Source: Candidatus Iainarchaeum sp. | Lineage (GTDB): Archaea > Iainarchaeota > Iainarchaeia > Iainarchaeales > UBA10219 | Length of the DNA stretch: 64,000 nt | NCBI GenBank assembly: GCA_018304425.1 | Contig: JAGVWE010000005.1 | Location: 64,001 to 128,000, forward strand | Direction of reading: 5' to 3' | Part shown: positions 10,506-18,425 of the stretch, piece after piece | How positions within the stretch are numbered: the first letter of the stretch is position 1 | Layout of the letters: every line of letters begins with the position of its first letter | Program-made: the position numbers and the translations under genes | Notes under the pieces: model-generated | Databases searched by the model: none | What the model saw: the letters and a program-made list of their open reading frames with translations, nothing else | Told to the model about the DNA's origin: nothing

Positions 10506-10860
10506 GTATAATCCCCTGGGTGAACTCGATGTGGGGGAAGCCTGGTGTGGTCTTTGAACGACCGATGGCATAATCCCACCAGCCCTCGAGGTCATCCCGC
10601 AGCTTCTGCAACTTGATTCCCTGGTACGGCGTGGGATACCCTTCCAACGACTGCCGCGCGTCCTGCAAGACCTTGAAGAACCCGCCCGCATTGCCGCGCT
10701 TGTGGTGTTCGAGCGCGACCGCAAATTGCAGGATGCCCTGGTAGAAGCGCTTGTCCTTTCCCTTCTCGACACGCCAAAGGACTTCCAAGACTTCATGGCA
10801 CTCGAAAAACTTTTGCTCGTTGAACAAGGCCACGGCCTCGCGAAGTTTCCCGCTTTCCAT
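10498..10860 (-). CDS. DUF309 family protein
   Basis: LFN...FFECHEVLE.LW, YQGILQ.AVA..H. Confidence 0.88.
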   Translation of the reverse strand: MESGKLREAVALFNEQKFFECHEVLEVLWRVEKGKDKRFYQGILQFAVALEHHKRGNAGGFFKVLQDARQSLEGYPTPYQGIKLQKLRDDLEGWWDYAIGRSKTTPGFPHIEFTQGIILG

Positions 10861-10919
10861 GCCCAATGGAAAGGCCAAAACCATTAAAATGCGTTGCCAT
10901 CCCATCGCTTACGGGGAGC

Positions 10920-12608
10920 ATGACAGAACTCATTGAGTGGAACGAGTGGAAGCCCGAAACCTTCGAAAGGGCCCGGAAAGCCGATAAACTCGTGTTATTG
11001 GACCTTTCGGCCGTGTGGTGCCATTGGTGCCACGTCATGGACGAGACCAGTTACTCGGACAAAGGCTGTGCCCAGGTCATCAACGAGCAGTTCGTGCCAG
11101 TCAAGGTCTGGCTCGACCAGCGCCCGGACATCGGCGAGCGCTACAACCTGGGCGGTTACCCGACCACGGCCCTCCTGACGCCGGATGGAAAAATGGTGGG
11201 CGGCGGAACGTATATTCCGCCACGACAGCTCGCACCCTACCTTGCCAGCGTGAACGAGGAGTGGAAGAACAACCGCGCCGAGTTGCTGGCGCGCGCGGCC
11301 ACGCGCGTCGAAGAGCCCATCCCCTTCCGGGAACTGCCCGGGCAACTCGAGAAAAGCGCGCCCGAGCAAATCGCGAACCTGCTGAAAGCCGACTTCGACG
11401 AAGCCCATGGCGGCTTCGGCGACCAGCCCAAGTTTCCCGTGCCGGAAACCATCCAGTTTTGTTTGCTGCACTACCACGTCGCGAAAGACCGGCAGGCGCT
11501 GGCCATGGCCGAGAAGACCCTGCAAGGCATCACCGGCATCTTCGACGAAACCGCGGGTGGGTTCTACCGCTACTCGATGAACCGCGAGTGGTCGGTTCCG
11601 CATTTTGAGAAACTGCTGGAGCTGAACGCGGAGTTGCTGCACTGCTACCTGGACGCGCACCTGGTTACCCAGCGGCCGGACTTCAAGGCCATCGCCGAGC
11701 GCACGGTTGCCTATGTGGACAAGACCTTGTCCGACCCCCAGGGCTTTTTCTATGGTTCCCAGGACGCGGACGAAGCCTATTACCACGCCGCGCCGGATGA
11801 CCGGGCCAGGCACAAAGCGCCCTTCGTGGACCGAACCCTCTACGTGGACGCAAACGCCGCTATGGCCTCGTCTTACCTCAAGGCGGGGGTTTTACTGGAC
11901 CGGAAGGAACTCGTGGACCGGGGCTTGCGTTGCCTGGACTTCCTGCTGGCGCACTGCTTCGACCTCAAGAAAGGGGCCTGCCACTATGTTGATAGCCTGC
12001 GACCGCAAAAATACGGGTTGCTGATGGACAACGCCGCGCTGGCGAATGCGCTCATCGAGGGCTATGAGTATTCGGGCAACCCGCTTTACCTTTACAAGGC
12101 CCGGGAGGCCCTGGAATTTTTGGTTCAGAACTTCTGGAACGCCAAACGCAACGCCTTCAACGACGCATTGCCGGAAAAAAAGGCCATTGGCTTCCTCAAC
12201 GAGTCCCTTGCCCCCATCAAAGAGAACCTGTTGGCGGCCACGGCGTTGACGCGGCATGCGGCCATCCTGGGCGAGACCAAGTACAAGGAGATCGCCGAGC
12301 GCGTGTTGAAGACGTTCTCGCTTACCTACCACGAGCATGGGTTGTATGCTTCCCTGTATGGCCTGGCGCTGTACAAGTTCTTGAACCCGGTGGTCGTCAG
12401 TTTCTACTCGGCGAAGGTGGACGAGCAGGCCCTCGCCGACGCGCGCGCCTGCATGAAAGTGTTTGAGCCCCGCCGCTGCGTCAAATACGGGTCGGAAGTC
12501 CGGCACGGCCAACGCGCCTACCTGGCGTGTTCGAACAAGAAGTGCACGCCGATGCTGGCAAGCCTGGAGGAAGTGCTGGGGGAATTACGGGACGACGACC
12601 ACCGATAG
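10920..12608 (+). CDS. YyaL/SPATA20-like thioredoxin (DUF255) plus alpha/alpha-barrel protein
   Basis: WCHWCHVMDE, RPDI, GGFG..PKFP, GGFYRYS...WSVPHFEK. Confidence 0.9.
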   Translation: MTELIEWNEWKPETFERARKADKLVLLDLSAVWCHWCHVMDETSYSDKGCAQVINEQFVPVKVWLDQRPDIGERYNLGGYPTTALLTPDGKMVGGGTYIPPRQLAPYLASVNEEWKNNRAELLARAATRVEEPIPFRELPGQLEKSAPEQIANLLKADFDEAHGGFGDQPKFPVPETIQFCLLHYHVAKDRQALAMAEKTLQGITGIFDETAGGFYRYSMNREWSVPHFEKLLELNAELLHCYLDAHLVTQRPDFKAIAERTVAYVDKTLSDPQGFFYGSQDADEAYYHAAPDDRARHKAPFVDRTLYVDANAAMASSYLKAGVLLDRKELVDRGLRCLDFLLAHCFDLKKGACHYVDSLRPQKYGLLMDNAALANALIEGYEYSGNPLYLYKAREALEFLVQNFWNAKRNAFNDALPEKKAIGFLNESLAPIKENLLAATALTRHAAILGETKYKEIAERVLKTFSLTYHEHGLYASLYGLALYKFLNPVVVSFYSAKVDEQALADARACMKVFEPRRCVKYGSEVRHGQRAYLACSNKKCTPMLASLEEVLGELRDDDHR

Positions 12609-12654
12609 AACCAAAACAATAGCCTAATATAGTCCTTTAGTGCAATTTATTGCC

Positions 12655-13368
12655 ATGCGCTTTGCGTGGTGCCTCGCTGCCTTGCTCGTGCTTTTACTGC
12701 TTTTACTCGGCTGTACGAACCCGGCTCCGGCCACGCCCGGCCCCCTTCGGGGAAAAAGCCCACCCACGAATGGGGTTCCTTTGTTGCAAACACAAAGCTA
12801 CGCCTATTGTGAGGCGATGGACAACTACGATGACCAGGACGCGTGTTACCGGGGCTTGAACCTGGCGGCCTGTGACCTGCTGCCGAAAGACAAGGTGTCG
12901 TTCGCGGACGTTACCCAAGAAGACTGCTATTTCGCGGTGGCGCGTACCAGGGAAGACGCCTCGCTGTGTGGCAAAATGAAAGAAGGGGACGGCTGTTATG
13001 ACCGCATGGCCTTTGAACTGATGGATGAAAGCCTCTGTGACAAGATAAAGGACGCCTCAGAATGGCGATCGTTAAGGGGAAGCTGCTATATCGCGCTCGC
13101 GGCTGCCAAGAAAGACTTCGGACTGTGCACTAGGGCTGGATTCCCCGAGGAGAAACTCCGCTGGGGGGAATTCCTGTTTAAGAAATCCAGTTGCTATGGG
13201 CTGTTAGTACATGACGCTGACACCTGCCGGGGCCTCAAGGAAGTAGTCGAACAAGAAGCCTGCTTGGCCGGGTTGGTCCCAAGCACTCGGGACGTTTCCC
13301 TCTGCGAGGGACTCACGAACGCAGAAATCAGAGACTTCTGTTTCCTGGTGTGCCTAGACTGCAAGTAA
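12655..13368 (+). CDS. Cys-rich repeat lipoprotein
   Basis: LLLGC lipobox; repeated C-Y...A....D.SLC..I units. Confidence 0.75.
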   Translation: MRFAWCLAALLVLLLLLLGCTNPAPATPGPLRGKSPPTNGVPLLQTQSYAYCEAMDNYDDQDACYRGLNLAACDLLPKDKVSFADVTQEDCYFAVARTREDASLCGKMKEGDGCYDRMAFELMDESLCDKIKDASEWRSLRGSCYIALAAAKKDFGLCTRAGFPEEKLRWGEFLFKKSSCYGLLVHDADTCRGLKEVVEQEACLAGLVPSTRDVSLCEGLTNAEIRDFCFLVCLDCK

Positions 13369-13427
13369 TCAACCAAGTTGGATTTCCTCGTTCCCACAAT
13401 AGATGCATAGGCCAGAATGATGAACCC

Positions 13428-13499
13428 ATGCTTAAACCCGGCGACCAAGCCCCCGACTTCGAGGCCCTGGACACGAAGGACGAGAAGATAGAAGAATGA
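13428..13499 (+). pseudogene. N-terminal remnant of a peroxiredoxin/AhpC-TSA protein
   Basis: MLKPGDQAPDFEALDTKDEKIEE*, matching the usual G..APDF.L.D start, truncated next to the tRNA-Leu 3' end. Confidence 0.55.
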
Positions 13500-13500
13500 A

Positions 13501-13642
13501 TGCACGGGGGCGGATTCGAACCGCCGGAGGCACTAAGCCACGGGATCTCTCAAACCTTTTCCCTGGTTTTTCCCAAGGCTTTTTTGCCGCAGCAAAAAAG
13601 GCTTCTTGAGTCCCGCCCATTTAGCCACTTTGGTACCCGTGC
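13501..13642 (-). tRNA. tRNA-Leu(CAA) with a 58-nt intron at 37/38 (13547-13604)
   Basis: Acceptor GCACGGG/CCCGTGC, anticodon arm CGGGA-CTCAAG^A-TCCCG, long variable arm, TTCGAAT T-loop. Confidence 0.92.
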
Positions 13643-13700
13643 AGGCATAAATCTAACCGGAATAGCAATTTAAACCTACTTCTAGGCCACCCAAGAACGT

Positions 13701-13734
13701 CTTACGTTTTCTTTATCGATAGATAAAGCGTAAG
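13701..13734. promoter_or_regulatory. inverted repeat at the vapBC promoter, probable autoregulatory operator
   Basis: CTTACG-tttt-CTTTATC-gata-GATAAAG-CGTAAG immediately before TTTATA. Confidence 0.5.
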
Positions 13735-13775
13735 TTATTTATAGGGGTTTGGGTATTATTCTGTAAGGTGATTTA

Positions 13776-13988
13776 ATGGGGTCTATGACCGTTTCATCGA
13801 AATTTCAAATCGTGATACCGAAAGAGGATCGGCGGGATCTTGAGATAAAGGTGGGGGACAAACTAGTCACCCTGAAAAAAGGAAATATCCTGTATGTGAT
13901 TAAAGTAGGCGCCCTAAAAGACGCGCGGGGTTCTCTTAAGGGTTTAGACATCAAGGATTTGAGGGAAAAACATGAACGCTTTGATTGA
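13776..13988 (+). CDS. vapB: AbrB/MazE-fold antitoxin
   Basis: VSSKFQIVIPKE.R..L.IK.GD; overlaps the PIN gene. Confidence 0.88.
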   Translation: MGSMTVSSKFQIVIPKEDRRDLEIKVGDKLVTLKKGNILYVIKVGALKDARGSLKGLDIKDLREKHERFD

Positions 13989-14352
13989 CTCGTCCGCATG
14001 GGTATCCTTCTTCGCCAAAGGACCGTTAGCCGATAAGGTCGCCAAATACGTGGAGAACGCCAATCCAAAAAATCACTTTACGCCGACCGTGGTGCTTTAC
14101 GAAGTGTACAAAAAGATAAAGAAAACGTTCGACGACCAGACTGCGGCCGATAACGTAGCCAAGATTGTGGCGTGGACGACCATCGTCGACCTCACCCAAG
14201 AACTCTCGCTGCTGGCTGCCGACAAAAGCCTGGAAACAGGGCTCGGCATGGCTGACGCCATTGTCTTGGTCACGGCCGAAAAAAAGCGCGCCACCCTCAT
14301 CACGGCCGACAACGACTTTCGGGGACAGTCGAACGTCGTGCTCATCGAATGA
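13972..14352 (+). CDS. vapC: PIN-domain toxin
   Basis: LIDSSAW, VLYEV, MADAIV, LITADNDF. Confidence 0.9.
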   Translation: MNALIDSSAWVSFFAKGPLADKVAKYVENANPKNHFTPTVVLYEVYKKIKKTFDDQTAADNVAKIVAWTTIVDLTQELSLLAADKSLETGLGMADAIVLVTAEKKRATLITADNDFRGQSNVVLIE

Positions 14353-14697
14353 CTACTTACCGCTGCCGAACGCCAACACATCCCCATGGCGGACGAAGCT
14401 TCCGATGGCACGGTCCAAGAGCACGGAGACCCTTTCGCCGGCCTTTGCGGCCTTGATGGAGCGCAGGCCCAGGTTGATCTCCAGGACCTTGCCTTTCCGC
14501 CCTTGTAAGGTGAGGGACATGCCCTTGCGCAGCGTTCCTTCCACGACTTCCCCTGACAGCACCACGCCTTGGCCGGTCATATAGGAGCCGGAGACCTCGA
14601 AGGCCGCACTTTTGCCTGTAGGGGCAGCCGCAGGGGCCGCTTCCGGTTCCAGCTGCTTCCAGGTCTTGGTCTCGCCTTGGCGGAATTCGATGCCCAT
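14353..14697 (-). CDS. stand-alone EF-Tu domain II-like beta-barrel protein
   Basis: FEV..SY.TGQGVVLSGEVVEGTLRKG...A.AGERVSVLL. Confidence 0.7.
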   Translation of the reverse strand: MGIEFRQGETKTWKQLEPEAAPAAAPTGKSAAFEVSGSYMTGQGVVLSGEVVEGTLRKGMSLTLQGRKGKVLEINLGLRSIKAAKAGERVSVLLDRAIGSFVRHGDVLAFGSGK

Positions 14698-14828
14698 ACA
14701 CCCTATCTGGGAGCCGCAAGGTAAAAAAAGGTATTTTTCGGGGAGGCAAGGCTTTTATTTACCTAAAGGCCTATTTCTGTGCCCTGCCCGGACCTGACAA
14801 GAGTCGGTGGGGAATCAGTCTCAATGCC

Positions 14829-15392
14829 ATGGAAAACGCCACCCTGGTAACCAAATATGGCCGCGATGGATTGATCTACAACGTCGTCGCCGGACTGCAA
14901 GCTCGCGACCGTTCGAAACCCTTCGTCACGAACCCGGCCATACGGCAAGCGATCGGGCGCATGGGCTTAGAAATGCCGTACTCCATCGGCCGCATCGCAG
15001 TGAACATCGACAGGAGCAAGGCGAGGACCCTCCTGCACACCGTGAGCTTTTTCCCGTTCGACGAGGAAGCGGCATACCGGCACCTCCGGGGAAAAGGGGT
15101 GGGCAGCCTCATCGAACTGGCCATGGAGGGTGACCTGATGAAGCGGTTCCCCGGGGCATTGATCCGTGCGACCTCCTTCAGGAGCCTGTCACGCACTTGG
15201 CAACTGGTGGCACGCGACCGCAGGCCGGGAAAGGCCATCCCGATCGAAGAGGCCTATGCGCTCACGAAGAAGCATGTCCTGGAAGAGCGCCGGAGAATCA
15301 GGTCTGAACGCAAGATGACCCCCTGGAAGCGCCGCCTCGCACGCGGCAAACGCTTCGTCAAGAAGGTGGGTAGGCTCCTCCGCTATGGTTGA
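14829..15392 (+). CDS. hypothetical protein, possible GNAT-like acetyltransferase with Arg/Lys-rich C-terminus
   Basis: LRGKGVGSLI resembles acetyl-CoA-binding motif A. Confidence 0.55.
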   Translation: MENATLVTKYGRDGLIYNVVAGLQARDRSKPFVTNPAIRQAIGRMGLEMPYSIGRIAVNIDRSKARTLLHTVSFFPFDEEAAYRHLRGKGVGSLIELAMEGDLMKRFPGALIRATSFRSLSRTWQLVARDRRPGKAIPIEEAYALTKKHVLEERRRIRSERKMTPWKRRLARGKRFVKKVGRLLRYG

Positions 15393-15420
15393 GCCTGGGG
15401 ATGGCAACGCGTCGGAGCGT

Positions 15421-15819
15421 TCACCCGAACGAGATGACGCTTCCGGTGAGGAGGCTCTCGAAGTCGTTGGTGCGGAGGAGGATGCTGCCTTCCTCGCCCC
15501 TGCGGAGCAGGTTCACGCCCAAATAGCGTGACTTGACGTCCTTGACTTCGAGGAACGAGGTGCCGTAGTCGAGTTTCAGTCCGCGGCGGAGTTCGCCTGA
15601 CAAGAGCCGGCCGGAAACGTAGGCCTGGTCTTTGAGGACTTCCGCTCGGTGAACCCGAAATACTGGGACCTTATCTTGTTCCACGAGCTTGGCAACCCGC
15701 CGGAGCCGAACATGCTCTGGGACGCAGACATCCTCCGGGTGTGGAGAACGAAGTTCATTTTGTAATGCCTTCTTGGGAGTTAAGAATGGAATCATGTCCA
15801 TCACGTTGAATAAGCGCAA
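15421..15819 (-). CDS. second EF-Tu domain II-like protein (divergent)
   Basis: FRV.......YVSGRLLSGELRRG...L.RGEEGSILL; start uncertain. Confidence 0.55.
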   Translation of the reverse strand: MRLFNVMDMIPFLTPKKALQNELRSPHPEDVCVPEHVRLRRVAKLVEQDKVPVFRVHRAEVLKDQAYVSGRLLSGELRRGLKLDYGTSFLEVKDVKSRYLGVNLLRRGEEGSILLRTNDFESLLTGSVISFG

Positions 15820-15912
15820 GGCTGCATTTATCTGTTGCGGGTTCGGAAAGCGAAAGCCGCCGGACCGTAATCGAGGAAAATCTTAAATTCCAGGGCGGCT
15901 TCTATCTATGAT

Positions 15913-16329
15913 ATGCCGAAGCCAGGGCCCCATAAACCGATGCCTGACCCGTTCAGGAGGCATAAGCGTGGCCCGCTCACCGGGCTCTGGGCCAGAAATC
16001 CGACCGTGTTCTCCGAAGCGACCCAGCGGGCAATAGCGGAGGCTGGGCGCGACCTTGACGAGATGGGCCGCAAGGCCGACGTCGAGAGATGGGGGGTGCA
16101 TGCCCGCCAAAGGCAGTACGCCAATTTCCGGCACCAGGAGACTTTCGCGAGAAGCCCCTCCAAGCGGCTGCTGCCGCGGAAGGTCAACCATAACACCCTG
16201 AAAGTCATCCTGAAATATCTGGAAAGCGGCAACAAGATCGCCGTTTCCCTGAAAGGCCTCACCTGGATTTACAACAACGAAAACCCGCACCTGCGGGAAG
16301 CCGTTGCCAGCACGCACCCAATTACTTAA
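15913..16329 (+). CDS. hypothetical protein with winged-helix-like C-terminus
   Basis: LPRKVNHNTLKVILKYLE.GNKI...KGLTWIYN; basic Pro-rich N-terminus. Confidence 0.6.
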   Translation: MPKPGPHKPMPDPFRRHKRGPLTGLWARNPTVFSEATQRAIAEAGRDLDEMGRKADVERWGVHARQRQYANFRHQETFARSPSKRLLPRKVNHNTLKVILKYLESGNKIAVSLKGLTWIYNNENPHLREAVASTHPIT

Positions 16330-16427
16330 ACATAACCAGAAGGACAACCTTTAAATAAAAGTTCCATGCAAGTGATTAGTATTGCAGCCCCGGGATTGCT
16401 TCGGCAAGCCCGGGCTTACTCTTATTC

Positions 16428-16767
16428 ATGCCCGCTAAAAAGGCCTACCTCTTCATCGATGGTTCCAACTTCTACCATGCCATCAAGAACAACGGGTTTG
16501 CGGAATCGTTCGCCTATGAATCGTTTTACCGCGAACTCGGCAAATGTGTCCGATATGCTGCGCAGCGCCTATCTCGACATGTATGACGTGGCTTTGCTTG
16601 CCAGCGGCGATGCGGATTTCGTGCCCGCGGCAGAATTGGTTCAGACCCTGAAGAAGGAAGTGGTTAACGTCCATTTCTATGCGGGCAGTTCATCTGAACT
16701 GCGGACCACCTGCAACGCCCACAAACTGGTTCAGGTGGATGCCACAGGAAATTGTTACTTCAGGTAA
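16428..16767 (+). pseudogene. NYN/LabA (DUF88) domain gene with internal deletion and frameshift
   Basis: The frame from ATG 16428 gives YLFIDGSNFYH; another frame gives DML...ALLASGDADFVP...SSELR; the central EKGVD region is missing near 16545. Confidence 0.75.
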
Positions 16768-16777
16768 AGAAAAAAAG

Positions 16778-16861
16778 CGCGGGGGGCGCGATTTGAACGC
16801 GCGCTTCCTTTCGGAAAACAGCTTAGCAGGCTGCCGCATTAGACCACTCTGCCACCCCCGC
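16778..16861 (-). tRNA. tRNA-Ser(GCT)
   Basis: GCGGGGG/CCCCCGC acceptor, GCAGC-CTGCTAA-GCTGT, long variable arm TTCC-GAAA-GGAA. Confidence 0.95.
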
Positions 16862-17051
16862 AGCCTTTTTACAAAAGGTTGGCGAAAAGGCGCCATACTT
16901 CGTATGGCACAGCTCGCCGATAAGATTAAGCGCAAATGGATTGCAGCCTGCTGGCTAAATTGACCCCTGACACTATTATAAAGGTAATTATTGGGCGTCA
17001 ACGGCCTTGAGAAGGGGAAAGCTATTTATTCCAGGCAACAGGTATTAATTC

Positions 17052-17648
17052 ATGGAACGGCCGCAAAAACCAGCGCTCCGGTACCGGGTGCGCGAATGGA
17101 TTCGGCGAAAGAAGAAACTCCTGCCCTGGTTCCGGCCACCGAAGCCCATCGAGAAAAAACCGTTGCCGCCGAACGGGTTGCGGATACTTTTCTACTGTAA
17201 TGCAGGCGTAACCTCGGCCGAAGTCGCTGGCAATTTATACCTGTACTGGCAAAGGCATCCCCCCGGGTTTCCCGTTACCGTGGATGCGGCCGGTCACATA
17301 ACGGGGAACCCCAGGGCAGGCGATTTCATGTACCATGTGCGGCGAGCGGATATCGTGGTGCCCATCATTGGCCACGACGAATTTGGCATCAAAATGGGCG
17401 TTCAGGAACGAGGGTGGAGGCGGAACCGACGCAGAAAAGACGCAAGAGAAATCCGGCGCAAGCGGCTGGAATGGTACTCCGGCTCGGCTCCCAAGCTGAG
17501 TTTGAACCTGGGGCAGCACCAGCCGGCGGAATTGGCCCAGCGAATTGAGGCCTGGGTGGGCGCGCGCTATATATTATCGGGCGAGACCTTTCCCCCAACC
17601 GCGGTAGACCTTGACCGGCTCCGGCAAGTGTGGGAGCGAAGTGAGTAG
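17052..17648 (+). CDS. hypothetical Arg-rich protein with PTS-IIB/LMW-phosphatase-like P-loop
   Basis: RILFYCNAGVTS, VTVDAAG, ADIVV; TATA-like element upstream. Confidence 0.55.
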   Translation: MERPQKPALRYRVREWIRRKKKLLPWFRPPKPIEKKPLPPNGLRILFYCNAGVTSAEVAGNLYLYWQRHPPGFPVTVDAAGHITGNPRAGDFMYHVRRADIVVPIIGHDEFGIKMGVQERGWRRNRRRKDAREIRRKRLEWYSGSAPKLSLNLGQHQPAELAQRIEAWVGARYILSGETFPPTAVDLDRLRQVWERSE

Positions 17649-17693
17649 CTCACCGGATGCCCTATTAAGACTAATTATTGAGTCATATATAAC

Positions 17694-18002
17694 ATGGCCA
17701 AACGAAAGCCGCGGAAGCAGGCGAGGAGGCGGGCGAGGAAACCGCGGAAGCGGGCCGTGCGGAAAAAGGCGTCAAAAGCCGTGAAACTCGGGCAGAGGTA
17801 TGTTTGGGCGTTGGGGCTAATGGTGTCCCTTCCTTTACTGTTGATGGCGGTTTTCGTTCATGTTTTGGGGTGGAAGCTGCATTATTGGGGGGTGGAGGCT
17901 TGGCCGCCCTTTGTTTTTGGCGCGCTGGTTGCAGGGTTTTTGGCTACGGAGGCCATCATTGATTTATTGACCGCGAAAAGCCCTGAGAAAGCTTTAAAAT
18001 GA
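17694..18002 (+). CDS. small membrane protein with highly basic N-terminus
   Basis: K/R-rich first 35 aa followed by 2 TM helices. Confidence 0.65.
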   Translation: MAKRKPRKQARRRARKPRKRAVRKKASKAVKLGQRYVWALGLMVSLPLLLMAVFVHVLGWKLHYWGVEAWPPFVFGALVAGFLATEAIIDLLTAKSPEKALK

Positions 18003-18106
18003 TTTCAGTGTTTGAATGCATTGAATCCTCTAATTCAGCGAAAAAGACAGGGGTATCCTTTTAGAGGGGCATTTTGGGATAAAAATGGGTTTTTGTTGGT
18101 GAGTCG

Positions 18107-18421
18107 ATGGAATCAGAACTAGCCTCGAACATCGCCGGGCTGAGAAAAGCCGAGGACGAAAAAACCAGGCTCCTGGAAGCCGCCAGCCAACAAAAAGAGC
18201 AAATCCTGAAAAAGGCCGCCGAGGAAGCCAAGCGCATCCAGGAAAAAGCGGGCGAGGAAGCCAACCAACTCAAGAACCAGTTGCTTTCAAAGGCCCGACG
18301 GGAAATCGAGGCCGAGGCCGAGCGGATAACCAAGCAAGCCCAGAAAGAGGCGGAAAGGCTTTCAGCCAAAACCCTTGCCCCGGAAGCCGTGCAACGGATG
18401 GCCAAGCAAGTCCTAGGATGA
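18107..18421 (+). CDS. atpH: A-type ATP synthase subunit H (stator)
   Basis: Charged helical protein, first gene of the operon. Confidence 0.8.
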   Translation: MESELASNIAGLRKAEDEKTRLLEAASQQKEQILKKAAEEAKRIQEKAGEEANQLKNQLLSKARREIEAEAERITKQAQKEAERLSAKTLAPEAVQRMAKQVLG

Positions 18422-18425
18422 TGCC

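Noticed and set aside
13497-13499. TGA ending the peroxiredoxin stub as selenocysteine readthrough
   Set aside because: It is not at a catalytic Cys position, and the downstream frame is antisense tRNA sequence
14794-15611. Short repeat CCTGACAAGAGyCGG at about 14794 and 15596
   Set aside because: Only about 15 nt with one mismatch, and one copy is inside a CDS; too weak to call att sites or a target duplication
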